Below, one piece after another: positions 40,759 to 55,512 of a stretch of DNA of 64,000 bases. The notes under the pieces are model-generated. The model made no database searches and was not told the DNA's origin. It was given only the letters and a program-made list of their open reading frames with translations. Where the stretch lies: positions 188,232,001-188,296,000 of the forward strand of contig OZ024740.1 in the NCBI GenBank assembly GCA_964016885.1, given 5' to 3'. This DNA is from Eledone cirrhosa. Its lineage: Eukaryota. Numbering within the stretch: the first letter of the stretch is position 1; the number at the start of each line of letters is the position of its first letter. The position numbers and the translations under genes are program-made.

Positions 40759-40828
40759 CAAACTGTAGAGTGCTTCTTATCTGATATCTGCATTGCTTTA
40801 TTGTATTACAATAAGACTCACCTCCTAC

Positions 40829-40897
<69 letters not shown>

Positions 40898-40944
40898 CTC
40901 TTCTTAGGTATTGAGTACTCCTTTTCCTCAGCCATCTGCTACAT

Positions 40945-41023
<79 letters not shown>

Positions 41024-41812
41024 CACATATATCATCATCATGATCATCAATGTTTAACACTTGTTTGCATGCTTGAATATGTTAGAATGATTGTCATGTA
41101 GCTAACCAGGCAAGATGACCATGTCTTCCTCGTTCAGATCTGGCTTTGGCTTGTGTTTCTAAGGCTGGATGCCCATTCTAATTGCAACCAATTACATCAT
41201 GTATTGGGAACTTTTCTCATGGCCCAATGATACTTTTTGTGTTTTTGTTGTGGCATCAAAACTGGAAGAACAGGTGTCAAGTGTGCCTGGCTTTCCATGC
41301 AGGCATGGGTTTGACATGAAGGGTGTATGCAGGAAGGAGGGGAATACATCGACATAGTCATTGAATATTTACTACATCCATGTCTCTGGGCCAGATGGGC
41401 TGTCAAACTCTGAGACATGGCTGAACTGGAAACCACATCAAGTTCATACATTCTATTCTTTTTGTGCCATGATTTCACCAGCTGGTTGCCCTTGTTAGTC
41501 ATAATCAGTAATTTTGTTATGTTACAAGTTGGGGCATGTCCAGCTTTCAATGTTGTCATAGCACAGGATGGGACATATATTTTTGTATATTGGTATGCTG
41601 GGCCAAAAGGAGAGAAGGGTGAAGTGGGGCTTTGGCTGCCTTTCCATGCTGGAAAGAGGTATATGAGTGAAGGGAGAGGGTTATCTTTCCATGATGGGAG
41701 GAGTTGTGAATGGGAAAGCTGAGGTAGGGCTGATAGAGTGAGGGGAGCACTAGATAATCCGAGGGGCACGAGTTAGTGTTCAGTTGAGGAAGGTGTATGA
41801 GGGACATTTGTG

Positions 41813-41919
<107 letters not shown>

Positions 41920-43924
41920 AATATAGTCGATCATTATCTCCTTTGTGAAGCTCACCATCCTGAGATCACACATTTACTTATATAGCTTCTCCATTAACCT
42001 TCTATTAATTTACAGTGAATGCATCTATATCTGTGGTGTCAGATAAAACCTCACTACACTACTTTTCTATAATTATGTGATCTACTTTTCTATAATTTTT
42101 ATTTCTTGTTTATCCCTAATGGTCCTGCATTTTTCCTTGCCTTTATGTTCTGGACAACACTTTCTGATATACACCAGTCAATCTCTAGAGTCTTTACTTG
42201 GGACTACTCATTTTTTCTAGACGGTTTTTCCTAATTATATCACCTGTTTATATTACTTTTTCTGTGCCTCTTTTTTTTAATGTCAGTGAATGTGAGAATG
42301 CTGTTACTGTTTATTTCATTTGGGACCTTTTGCTTGATTTATTATGACATTACCTTAAACTCTGAAAACCCTACAACTCCTGACAGCATAGAATCTTGTC
42401 AAAATATATAATTTCACCTTCCTACCTTGAGAAAGGTACAGCTGACATCTAGTTTAATTACTAATTACCTGATAATATTCCTTGCTTCCTTCTTCCCAAG
42501 CCACTCCTAGTTTTTATATTTTAATCTACAGTACTATTCCAGCACCATGTCGCCTTGTATCTGGCTGGGACTGGAACCATATTCCATCTACACTATCTGA
42601 TCTGTGATTTCAGCAGTTATTTTCTGTCTCACAAGAAGATACAGTTGTCCTGTAGGACATAGTCCACTATCCTCTCATCATGGTCATCACTAATTATATC
42701 ATGGAAGTATTGTCTGGTACTAGGATCTTTTATCGCCCATATTTCTTCTGCCAATATACCTGTTACCTTTGATTTCTTCTAGTTTTTATTCTGAGGTTAC
42801 TAATTATTTTTCTATGATGAATAGTACAACCTTCATTGGGTAAAGACGTAGCAATTGTAATGGGCTATCTAACTCCTTTTTCTATTCAGTATGTCATCTA
42901 TCTGCCTGGGAGTGTTTGCAGGAGGCTGGCCTGCTATGACTTGATCCTCCATCTACATTGGAGTAACTATCATGGTGGTATTGGACATGTTAATTAATGT
43001 CATTAGCCAGGATAACAAGATGCCTGTTGTCTGCCTTGGGAATCATCTACAAGAGACACTCATAAAAAGACAAATTTTTAAATAAATGAAATTATTAAAT
43101 GTAGTGAATATAAACTCTTGTTTTCAACATATAACTAATCATATAAAATGTGTTATTATTTTATTGTTATATGCTTTGACTGTAAAGTTACTCAGCCTAG
43201 TGATTTTGAATTTGATTCCCAGACAATGTGGCATATGTCCTTGAACAAGAAACTTTGATTTTAAATTGATTCAAGCTTTTCAGCTGGATAAAATGAATTA
43301 AACCCTGTGATGGACTGGCATCCCATTCAAGGAGTGTGTTATTCATCTGTGACATCACTGCCGTTAAGTTGTATGGACTTTCCTCTTTCCTAATATAAGT
43401 GGCATGAAGAGTGGGAGCTAACATGCACAAAACAGGCTTTCACATCGGAGAGGTACTTTACAGATATAAACCCTGGTAGGTCTTGATTGAAGGAGGGTAT
43501 TTAATGCTGTGACTGTACAGAATACACAGTTATCACTGTTACTGCTATGTTACCAGTATGATTTCAGAGAATGCAATAGACAAATTATTCTATTGCATTC
43601 TCTGACCACATTTACATTATCTATCAATTTCCCCACTAAGAGCAAACATACTCAACCCACTTTAGATTTGTTACCCAGCAAAAAGAATATGATGATTCAC
43701 AGTGAGACTATCCTTCATCTCAGTTCATGAACATGGCTCGTTAATTACAAGTCTTTACAATAGCATATCTGCAATATCTACAAATCTATCTTTCAACATG
43801 CCAACATTAATGGTAGCAGCCTTAAAGTTCTCTGCCTGAAAGAAGATATATTCCTGTGGCAATGTTGGTGAGTGGGTAGCTTGAAGTCCATCTGCAGCTG
43901 AAAGAAAGAGTATGTAAGTATGGA

Positions 43925-44385
43925 TGGTCACCAGTTAGTGCTACTGGTAACATGTATCCCAGTACAACCTGTCTCATGGTCGGGTTGTTGGCGACTAAAC
44001 TGACAACCCCACCAAGATTTCTTGGTGAGGAGGGTGACTTTGGACATCCTACAGGACTAAAAACAAAACCTGTCAAAGGGCAAAGGAACTCCTGGGAGCT
44101 CTTAGAGCTCTTGGAGTCAATGGCCATCCAAAACCAGCACGGCCCGCCGAAAGGCGCTGCAGTGCCAGAAAAGTCACATTCCCTGACGTTACTTCCTGCT
44201 ACTAGTATGCTGGTAAGCTAGTACAACGTATCTCCAGACGGATAGAGTGGGTCTGTAGCTTTGGTTAGCAACTACTCTAGTGCTTGCAACACGAACAATT
44301 AGGGCGAGGGTATAAATGCCAGGTTGGTATCTGGCGCCGGGTAACCCACCACACGGAGGAGAAAGCACCTTCTTCAAGACTTGGC
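43925..44385 (+). mobile_element. GC-richer interspersed repeat, probable LINE (RTE-like) 5'UTR
   Basis: Homologous pieces at 22010-22202 and ~44945-45000 in opposite orientation; no coding signature. Confidence 0.5.
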
Positions 44386-44773
44386 TGTCAAATTCTTTCA
44401 CATGTGTGTAGTATGGCGCCCACACACATTATTAGCTATTTGAAAAGATGATGGATTTCGCAACTAACTGCACCAGGGTTCCTGTTCCTCAGGGAACCAC
44501 ACTATATGGTATACCTGTTGATATAGGTCCAGCCCCTGCTTTCCCGGGTCCTGTTTCTGATCATAATGATCTCTAGGGATACGGGAATCAGTAGACAGGA
44601 CCTGGGGGCAGCGATGGGGGACAGGGAATTCTGGAGCATGAGAGTGAGATCCATTATCTCGACAGTAGTCGAAGAATGATGATGAAGTATGGATGGATTC
44701 TCTTTCTCTTAATTTTGAGTATACTTTTGACTGGGCATCTTCCTGGTGGCAGGTTGTAAAAGAAAAGAAATTG

Positions 44774-44885
44774 TCATCCCGTGAAACGCAAATATGCTTT
44801 GCAAATTTTGAAGGTGCCAGATATTGCAGCCATTTCTAGTCTATGGATTAGGGAGCTACGCTCTTTGTCCACAAATCTAAGTTCA
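44774..44885 (-). mobile_element. RLE-type (R4/Dong-like) non-LTR ORF C-terminus fragment
   Basis: LRFVDKERSSLIHRLEMAAISGTFKICKAYLRF. Confidence 0.5.
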
Positions 44886-45671
44886 GTCATACTTTTGTCC
44901 AAGCGGGTTGGTTTATAACCCTCCAATAATAATGGGTATGAAGCTGGGGTTGTTGGTTTAGTCACCAATGACCTGACCATAAAACAGTTTGTACTGTGTT
45001 CCATGATATGAGGAGTGCTCAAAAGCATTCTGACATTACTTGGAGGAAAATAGTGTTTAATGGAAAACAGGCATTTGGAAAATCTCTTGTCGAGCATGAT
45101 AAATAAAATAGGTGTTTGCCTAAGTGTCAATATGATATTAATTTACCTGGATTTTCAGATGCTCAAAAGTATTTTGTGTGCAATATCTGTGGCCAAGTTT
45201 AAAGTAAAGCTGGTCTTGGAAGTCATCTGAGAAGCCAGGTACAAATTGTGGTCTCTTTGGCATTTCTTCCTGTCAAGAGTGTGGAAAACATTATGCTTCA
45301 TCAAGTTGACTCTGATGTCATTTGGAAGCTCACTAAAAAAAGCATGAAACCATAGTGGTAGTAATGTTCATCCCTGCAGCTTATGCAGAAAATAATGTTA
45401 GTCCTTGGCATGGCTAAAGAGATGTCCTGCCACACATTTGTGTCAAAAGGATCAATTAATGTTAATTCTTAAAATTGAAATGCAATCACCATCTGTGTGT
45501 GTATGCATGTATGCATGTATGTATGTAAGTATGTATGCATGCATGCATGTGATAGTGTATGTATGTACATAGCATTTCTTCTTCTGTTTTTCCATGCTTG
45601 TATGCATTGTCTTGGTCTTCTCCAGCACATTTCAACACTTGTCATCCTATGTCATTCCCTTCATATATATT

Positions 45672-45835
45672 TAGCTGCTATTATAATTGCACTGGGCATT
45701 GTAATTACAGATTTGAATAAAAGCTTGGAAATGTTTTCCAAGACAGAAGATACAAAACAAACCCACTTTCTCCTAATCCAACCAATTAGTGGTACAATAA
45801 AGATTTGCAAGGCGTTCAAAACATTTTTCATTTGA
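45672..45835 (+). mobile_element. RLE-type (R4/Dong-like) non-LTR ORF C-terminus fragment
   Basis: IIIALGIVITDLNKSLE...IQPISGTIKICKAF resembles the 'PIIIGALG...GT.KI' terminus. Confidence 0.55.
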
Positions 45836-46119
45836 CTTTTCTGGAATTAATATATGCATAAAACTACGCGTGAGAATATGACAGTAAATTGATAAACAGC
45901 TATGATGTACACACAGACACACATACTCTAGCATGTACTCAACAGATATGACCACACATGAGTGCAAGTACATATATATATATACATGCACACAAGTGTA
46001 TACATCTACATACATGAATACACTACTTCACTCACTTAATTATACTGTTTTCACTGAAACAAAATTGACTTGTCCCTTTGAATTCCACAAGTAGTGTGAA
46101 TAAATATTAAAGTAAAACA

Positions 46120-46302
46120 TACATATCTATGTATATACATATGTATATACGTATTTGCATCCTTTTTTTTTATTCCTTTACTGTGTGTGTGTATTTATAT
46201 ATATATATGTGTGTGTATATATTATATGAATATATACATATATATATAGACATATATATATGTCTATATATATATGTCTATATTTATTTATATGTATGTA
46301 TC

Positions 46303-46393
<91 letters not shown>

Positions 46394-46451
46394 GTGTGTG
46401 TGTGTCTGTGTGTGTGTGTGTCTTTCTGTCTCTCTCTCTCTCACTGCATAT

Positions 46452-46494
<43 letters not shown>

Positions 46495-47003
46495 CATTTA
46501 AGTTTGGTAGTTCACCACTGAATATAACTGGTCATTCCATATAGCCAACCATGATGCAATATTAGGAAAAGCACTCAACGTTATGCAACTCATCCATCTT
46601 TGATGTTGAATCTTGTTGGTGGTACTCAATAATATATATATATATATATGCACTCAGAAATATCTAACGCATGCATATATATATATGTATATAAAACATA
46701 CTTATGTTCATACACACATATATATATATATATACTTATACACACAAATATATGTGTATATATATATATGTACTCACATGCTCCCACACCTTCACTTACC
46801 CACTCACATGTGTGTGCTTATATGTTGAGGAGTAATATATGTAATCCTTCTTTCTTCATCCGTTTTTCATTCTCTGTGTGTGTATATATATATATATATG
46901 TATGTATCCATATATATATGTGTGTGTGTGTGTGTGTGTATATGTGTATCTATATATGAATGTGCGTTTTTCTATGTGTGTGTACATGTGTGTGTGTGTG
47001 TGT
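46120..47003. repeat. Compound (TA)n/(TG)n/(TC)n microsatellite region
   Basis: Directly visible. Confidence 0.9.
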
Positions 47004-47664
47004 AAAACAAAAATGGTAAATCAGTTAGATATGCCAAATGATGGACACAGTGGTGAGGAAAGATTATATAGGGAAACAGTAGCAAAGAATATATGTGTTG
47101 TGGATGAAATAATAAAAAGTGTGTGAAATGAAATAGAGAAACTTAAGATATGGAAATAATTCATTGAAAGACTGCACATTAAAGAAAAGGCAAAATATAT
47201 GTATAACAATATAGGCAGATGTTTGAAAAAGCAAATTGTAGATAGAAAACTAGATATCAACAGAATACAATTATTTAAAATGAATGAATAAACTGAAAGG
47301 AAATCAAACTCATAAACAGAGAAACAGGTTGCTAGGTAAAAGGAGGTTCAGATAGTTAATATTGGTATCATAGGTGAAGTGGGCGAATAGAGAAATAAAT
47401 AGATGTCTCCATATACAGATACAGTTAGAGAGTGGAATGATATATTTTCAGTAATACGTAGAAAGATAGAAGTATAAACCAATAGACAGGAAAATTGAAG
47501 ATCACAAAATTCCGTTTCAGAAATGTTGTCGCAAAGGATGACTTGAAGAAAGTGGCTATTTTCACTGTTTTTCTACCTTTTAAGATAGAAACAGTAATGT
47601 ATTAAATTTACCTTTGTAGCGGTTCAGTTTTATTGCATTAGATATTAATGAGATATCTATCAAT

Positions 47665-48036
47665 GTACTACTAGTGTTGCTGCTATAGATATTAGCTGCC
47701 ACTTTTGTCTTATTGGTGCTAGCACCAGCACTAGCATCAACACTGGTGCTGCTTGGTATTGCTGTCTACTTCTTGCAATCGCTGCCACTGTTGCTACTAC
47801 TGCTGCTGCTGCTATTTGTGTTGCCGACATTACTGCCACTGTTAGTTGCTGTTGCTTCTCATACTGCTGCTGCTGTGAACATTTCCATTCTGTAGTGAGT
47901 TGTTGTTGCTGATGCTGTTTTTGATGCTGCAGCTGCTGACATTACTGACACTGTTGCTGCTGCTGCCACTTCTACTAACGTTGCTACCACTATTAATGCT
48001 ACTGCTGTTGATGCTTCTGATGCTGCTGCTGTTGTT
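47665..48036. repeat. Degenerate trinucleotide (CTG/TTG/CTA) low-complexity tract
   Basis: Directly visible; gives poly-Leu/Ser pseudo-ORFs. Confidence 0.8.
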
Positions 48037-50243
48037 ACATGGCTCTACCACATGCAGGGAATATGAGACAACAGTCACAAATGTAATTGTTTGCATAATG
48101 CTTATTTAGATGAAAATATTTTCAGCCAAACGTGGAATCCATGTTGATTGCAGGGGTTGAATCTGTCAGGTGCCTCTCTGTATATTCATCTGCCCACTTG
48201 TCAGCTGACAGTCATTTTACATTCTTGGATACTGCCTATGATATTTTTTGGGTGTCCTCTATATCTGTATCACTGAATGGAATGTTCCGTGCATCGTTTA
48301 ACAACACAAATAACAAAAAAAAAAAAAAGACTTTTACATATTGTTGTCTGGTGAAAGTATAGTCCCCCCCATCCTTTAAATCAATTAATTGTGCTGAATT
48401 GTTTTGTATGTGTGATTTGTTTGCTTTGTGTTTGGAGTAGCTTTGATGTTATCTATTTATTTCAACTATAACTATTTTAAAATAGTAGTCTACCTCTATC
48501 AAAGTGTATTCCATACTACTAGATAACAATGCCATGGATACCGTTGGACTACTACTAAACTGGATACAAGGCAGCACATTCAGTTCTCTATTAAAACCCA
48601 TTTGCTCAGTGGTGTAAAAAGCATGTTTAGCTGAAGAAGACTGCTCTCTGCTGTGTCCATCGAGGAAAGAGTGTTAGCTAGTAACTGGTAGACCATGTGC
48701 AGATGAGATGGACAAGAGCCAAGCTCATATCTTAGTCTCTGATATTTCTACTACAGTCTGCTGCCATCTGATGTATTATGGACTGAGGAGTTTACTTTGG
48801 AAAAACGATGCCATCATTTATGGCACTGTTGACTGCTAAATGATATTAAATCATGATGCTACAAGAAAGCCAGGGACTATATAAAATAACTGGTATGATC
48901 AACAGTGTCACAGTATACACATTCTGATACAAAAGTAAGTACAAGTATGCAGAAACATAAATGTCATTATCAATCTATAATATAATTCCAAATGTATGAA
49001 TGTGTGATATATTTGTATTAATATATAATTCTCAATTGAGGTTTTTGTCGGTCTTAACTGAAATATAAAATACCATATTTTTGAATCTACAAATCTACTC
49101 CTTCCTTCATACTATCCATTCTGTGTGACGAGCAAAAGTCACTATCAAGATCACTGCTTATAACATCACTCTCTTCCTCTCTCTTTTCCTCACACTCTCT
49201 TTCTTGCTCTGTCTGTCTATCTCTCCTTATTCTTTCAAAACCATTCATTTTATCTGAAATAATGTATACAAATGCTTTGAAATGGTTACAATCATAACGA
49301 TTTCAGTTAAAATGTTGCTAAAATTAATATGTTATATTACTACAAATAGAAATTGATCAAGTTCTATAATAAATCTCCTAATGTTTGCTGTTTGTTTTTG
49401 TGTAAATAATGTTGTGGGGTTCGTTTTGTTCAGTGTGTGTTCTATAGTTGTTCAAATTGATGAGAAAATATATAACTATATGTTCATTTATAATATTAAA
49501 ATTAGTATATATATAACTCAATAAAATAGTACCATTTATGTAATTAGTATGTGTTGAAAACAAGGGTTTATATTAGTTGTTTTTAAAGATTTAATTACAA
49601 AAGTAATTTGAAGAAACATCTTTGATTAAATGAAAACCCATAATTGAGTCATGATACTGTTTTAGTTTGTCTATATCCTTGTAATTGTGTGTGTATATAT
49701 GTGTAATTATACATATAGACATACCTATATATTCACACAGCAATAAAACTATCAAATAAATGAAAAAAAAAGTGCCCCATTCCCATGAAGGTCTTTAACC
49801 ACTGTTATTATTATTTATTTTATTTCATTTATTGTTTTTTTTTATTTTTTGTTATGGGTATTTGTTTTTCTGTGAAGTTACAGAAACTTGTTAATCTGTC
49901 TGTTATATTTAGAAGAATTTAAGGGTAGCATCAAAATCACAGACAGCAGTGTTTTCCCTTTTATCAGTTCTGAAAGCTCTTCACTAGAATTACATTTTTC
50001 TCATCCCAACTAACAATTTGCACATGGACTGCCGCAATGTTTTGTGTGACTGGTATTCTAAGAGGAAGTGTCATTGCAAACAGTAACTTGAAGCCATTTG
50101 TCACTTAAACAATTATTTTACCATAATGTAATATAATTAGTTTTTGAACATTTTTGGTAATTTCTTCCTTTTTACAGAATTTTACATAATAAAAAAATGA
50201 AATAATCATAATATTATGAATAATAATAATAATTATTATTATT

Positions 50244-50305
<62 letters not shown>

Positions 50306-51734
50306 TTATAAACAAGAGGAAAGTATTTAACTTCGTATTTGATAGTTTGCATAAATGTGTGATCTAACTGAAGAATGATTGCAATTTACTTCTTGAAAGA
50401 GGCAAGAAAGCAACAAAAAAAATGTATATTTATGTATTATAATTAAACTATTTGTGTAATCATTGTTCTTTCAGTTATTCCATATATTTAAATTAATCTT
50501 TAGTGTATCTCATATACCCAAAATATAATTTTTTTATAATATCATCATATATTAAAGTTAAACATTTGAGGAAAATAGTTGGAATTTCTTAAAGGAACGT
50601 TTTCCACTGAAGCTTATGGAGGTTTATAATTCTTTCTGCCATAGATCTTTTTCTTTTTCCTCTAAATGACACCCAATCACATCCGTACTGGTAATTCTAC
50701 TGTCATCTTTTATAACCATTGCTTCTAATAGCTGTTCTTCAGGAAATAGAAAATCTATGTGTGGGTACAAAAATTAACTTCTTCGGTGTAACCAGCCAAT
50801 TCTATGATAGGGAAAAAAACTAACTGTTAAATAAATATTTTTCTCTTGGATTATATAATTAAGAACTGTTAGATTCCTAATGAAGTTTAGGCTAGTAATA
50901 TCATGCAAGTAAAATAAAGATCTTATTAAATGAAATATCAATTAGGCATTATCAAATCATATAAGGATAGGCTATTTTTGTTTCTCTTTTACCTTTCATA
51001 CATAATAGAGACTCATTACCTTAAAATCTAAATAATATTTTTTTCTCAATTACTTACCTTATTACTTACCTTACAGGGAGCTAATTAATGCTTACTTTAA
51101 AGTCACAGTCGAAAAAATATTTTGATGTATTTATTTTTTCTTCATTACTTATTTTAGTGTATATCTTCTACTTCTCTAATTGTCACTGCATTTACTGCTG
51201 CTACTGTCATTGGTATTTTTGGATTATTATCTCTGTGAAAATTCTTATTATCTGTAGCATAGTATTGACACATCAAGTAATGGGAACAGAAATAGCAAGA
51301 AACCACTTATATTAACCGTTGAACATGTACAATACAATTTAGTAGGAATTTATCTTTTTTCATGTTTGTTTATTTTTTAACAAGGAAAAAATCATTCTAT
51401 CATAAATAAAAATGTGTTCTCAGTATCATAAAATTTTAGAGAGCGGTTTAAGCGAAAACATTTTTTTCTATTTCAAGGAATAGTTATGTATAGTGCCATG
51501 AATGGTAAAAAATATTGACATCTATATTTGTTAAAAATAAACATTTATTCTATTACCTCAAGAATATATGCAAGTTAGTGGTGCATATGTAACGAAGTGT
51601 TATCCATTGATTTCCATTAAAATACTTTTTTTTAAAAGTTGTTTATCTGTTATTCTTTTTGATTATGTTAAATATTAGCAATACTTGTTGTTAATTGCAA
51701 TTGGTGATAATTGGTAGTGTGTGTGTGTTCTTGA

Positions 51735-51785
<51 letters not shown>

Positions 51786-52900
51786 ATGTAGTTATTTCAT
51801 TTTACATATTAGTCTAACCCATGCTAGCATGGTAGATGGACGTTAAACGATGATGATGGTGATGATATTAGCTTTTCTTTTCATTTTGTAGTTTTCTATT
51901 ACAAATGTTCTCCCCTCCATAGTTTTAGTATCATCCTAGCAACAACAACAACGGCAGACACAAGAATATAATATGAAATATCAATAAATGTAAAACACAC
52001 TTCATCAACCAGACCTGTATTTCTTTAATAATTATATTTCAAGTTTCAAAGGATTTCTTAGTTTTATTTTAGTTATCTTAATATAAAAGTAGATTCTTCT
52101 TTTTTTTTTTTTTTTTACTGTATGGCATCCATACAAATTAAAACTGTTCTGCACCACTTTTTGGCTCAGCGTAATACCGTCAGAAAAAGTGAGTGATAAT
52201 AAAGCAAGGACATTACCAGTGTTTTTGAAATAAGCTTGTTATTCCACTCATATAAGCTTGAACATTTCTTCCTGATGATTTTACATCATTAAGTAAAGAG
52301 GCGGAATTGGAACATTATTATTTTCATCAATGGTTATATGGCACTATGTAAATTATCTTATATATATTTTTATTTGGATGTGAGCTATAGTCAAATATAA
52401 AAGAAACAATTTCATATAGTATATTTCATAAATAGATTATTGTTTCTTATACGAAATTACAAAATTCATAGAACAAGTTCCTCAAAAACTCAAGATTTAT
52501 TTATTGTACGTAAATTCTCAAAATTTCATTTCAAAGGTTTTTCCAAATCCAGAAGCTGGGAAATATTAATTGGTAAACATCTTCATCATCGTTATAAGTT
52601 ATTTACACGATAGTACATATGAGGAGAAAATCATAATCCCTTTCTCAAGTATTTCAGTTAAAAACAATGTCCTTACACACATGCACAATATATGTGTATG
52701 TGTGTGCATGTGCGTTTTCATGCAAAACATCAAAGTGCTCGATATACACCTGTGTTAGAAGTGTGAATTTGTTATAATTGTGTGTTGATAAACTGGATTA
52801 TTTCCTAATATCTAAAGGCTTTGCGCAGTTGCTGTTAACCAAGCACTCAAAAGCTTGAAGTATGATGAAATACCCTAGTTTCCCATTGCATGTACACATG

Positions 52901-52968
<68 letters not shown>

Positions 52969-53394
52969 TGCGTGTGTGCGTGCGTGCATGCACACATACA
53001 TAGAAACTGAGTGAAAGAAGAATGAAAAAGTGTGTCTTGTTCAATGAGACAAATACTAGCAGGAGAATATGAAATTTTTCTTCATACATTACATCCATCA
53101 TAACTCTGATACTAACTTAGACTTAACAAACATACACCCACAAAATCCTAAATATGATTTGATATTTTCATCACATGCTTATTGCTCATTAACTAGAAAA
53201 CTGAAATAGCCAATTTATAAGATAAGTATTTATTATAAAAATAAGTAAGTGACTCTTCCTGAGAAAATACATATATTCCTCATGTATCTAATAGCTTTAT
53301 TTTAATGCTGAGTTGTATAGTCATGAATAATTCTTAAAACATTTTGAATCATTAGAATGTAGTAAATATATATATATATATATATATATGTGTG

Positions 53395-53740
53395 TAAAAG
53401 AAACCAAAGAACGCTTACATACTCAAACAATTTTTATTTGCTTACAATGTTTCATCCATACCGTTCGGTGGGAATCATCAGAGCTTAATAAACACAAGCT
53501 TAGTCACACGCACAATCGTAATACAATAGAGGGTAAAGATAGGGATATTGGAGATGGCAAATAAGGAGAGAGTACATGGTGGGGTTGTTAAGCACCACAG
53601 CTAAATGCTAGGGCACAAGCAGATCTCCCAATATGCAGATACAATTGATGGCACACAAAAGCAAAAAATACAAACAATGGTTAAAACATAATAAAAAAGT
53701 AAGATAATATAAAGAAATAAAAAGTAAATAAAAAGGTAAA
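53395..53740 (-). mobile_element. Microsatellite-inserted single-arm element with hammerhead
   Basis: Unique sequence between two (TA)n tracts containing a hammerhead. Confidence 0.6.
53440..53484 (-). ncRNA. Hammerhead ribozyme motif (minimal type I)
   Basis: Minus strand: GCT-CTGATGA-T-TCC-CACCGAACGGTAT-GGA-T-GAA-AC-ATT-GT-A-AGC. Confidence 0.7.
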
Positions 53741-53745
53741 TATAT

Positions 53746-53836
<91 letters not shown>

Positions 53837-53843
<7 letters not shown>

Positions 53844-54068
53844 CTTTCACCGTATTTTTAACTAAAGGAATTTTAGCTTGATAACGGGGTTTAGAACCCT
53901 CAGATAAATGGAAAAAGATGAGTATTGACGTCAATAATCATCTTTTTCCATTTATCTGAGGTTTCTAAACCCCGTTATCAAGCTAAAATTCCTTTAGTTA
54001 AAAATACGGTGAAAGCTATATATTTTCTAATTTCAAACTCGCTCACTGTTTCAAAACATACTTACTTG

Positions 54069-54070
<2 letters not shown>
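53837..54070 (+). mobile_element. TA-inserted loopless palindrome element (same family as 57729-58092)
   Basis: Palindrome 53837-54022 centred on GACGTC (53927-53932), tail 54023-54070. Confidence 0.85.
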
Positions 54071-54099
<29 letters not shown>

Positions 54100-54273
54100 A
54101 TTGTTATTATTACTTTAAATCTTTTATGTATTATTTCACTCTGTTATTATTAAGTTTTACAAACCATCTATTACTATCTGAGGTGACACAATTCAAAATA
54201 TTCTATTTATATTCATTGATACTTAATAATATATATTATAGTATTCAAATAAGACATCAAAGGAAATTATAAA

Positions 54274-54448
54274 CAGTATACACTCATGTATAAGTTGCAC
54301 CCTTTTGTATACATCAAAAACCCAACACACAACTTACCTATTGGACTGACAAAACCTCAATTCAAAATATGTTGTACATTGGATATGTTGTATAGAAATT
54401 AGAAGTGCAACTTATCTGCATGTGTGATTTATACACGAGTGTATACAG
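54274..54448. mobile_element. Tc1/mariner-pogo-type MITE
   Basis: TIRs cagtatacactcatgtataa / ttatacacgagtgtatacag-TA, subterminal inverted taagttgcac/gtgcaactta. Confidence 0.6.
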
Positions 54449-55250
54449 TATTTTAGTGTTTGTTGAAGATTTTAATGAGTTAAAATATACTTTGTGTAAG
54501 ACCTAAATATCTAATATATTTCCATTGTCTTTTTTTTTCAGCCCCCAATATGTATCATTAGTAATGCCCATCACATAGCTGTTACTAGGTGGATGTCTAT
54601 ATATACTATCTGTTTATTTTTCATTTGGATACTTTTCAACTTTGGAGGACAGCTTCAATAACATGGAAATATACCTCTTAATAGTTATATCTCCCTATAG
54701 TAAATAGGTTAGGCAATATTAATAGAATAGTATGATTTGTTTGCTACTCTGCTACACTCTGCTGCAGCCATTCCGTTGTGACCTACTTTTGGAGATCACC
54801 AATGCTTCATTTTTTTCTTGACTCAGTTCAACTATACAGCATCTTCAATGATTGTCTCTTCTCCCTTATCTTTAATGTAAATGGTTACTTTTTCCCAGGA
54901 TAATATAATTTGGATTGATCAACTGTTCACCATTATTATCTAGAGCTAGCCACCTCAATGTTCAATATCAGGTTTTTTGGTTGATTCATTTTACTTTGTT
55001 TTATATTCACATCACTAATGCAAACACATTCCTTATCCAAATTTCCATATCCATGATCCCATATGCAAACAAACAATTTTGCACGTGATGATTGAACTGA
55101 AACATAATCCCTAACAGTTAACTGAGCTCAGAGTTACACTGTTTATCTTTGAACACATCCAGTTAACTTATCCACATTTTCTTTCAGCTTTCACTAATCA
55201 TCTGTCTGCTTGTAATTGAGTATATTGATATGAAGGGTGCTAACCATATT

Positions 55251-55512
55251 GGAGCCATGTGGCTTAGTGGTAAGGGTGTTGGACTTATGATCATAATGTC
55301 AGTGTTTTGATTACTGGACTGGGTTGTGTGTTGTGTTCTTGAGCAAAACATTTCATTTCATGTTGCTCCAGTATACACAGCTGAAAATGAGTACCAACAT
55401 AGCTGAGGGTTTAACCTTGTGGGAAGTCTTGTACTCGCAGTCACTTCGTCCCATGGAAACTGGGTTAAGCTTTGGCCTGATGAGCCTCTGGCTTGAGACG
55501 ACTTCAGACTTT
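55251..55512 (+). mobile_element. tRNA-derived SINE, family B
   Basis: A-box tggcttagtgg, central ttgtgttcttgagcaaaacattt, aaatgagtacc, 3' ggcctgatgagcc..ggct. Confidence 0.7.

Noticed and set aside
41197-41807. Overlapping 190-aa and 101-aa ORFs
   Set aside because: No recognisable domain; lie in a degraded repeat between microsatellites
47713-48109. Poly-Leu and Ser/Asn-rich ORFs
   Set aside because: Degenerate trinucleotide tract with stops and no splice or homology support
55474-55502. CTGATGAGCCTCTGGCTTGAGAC as a hammerhead
   Set aside because: Lacks GAAA and stem I; part of the SINE 3' region
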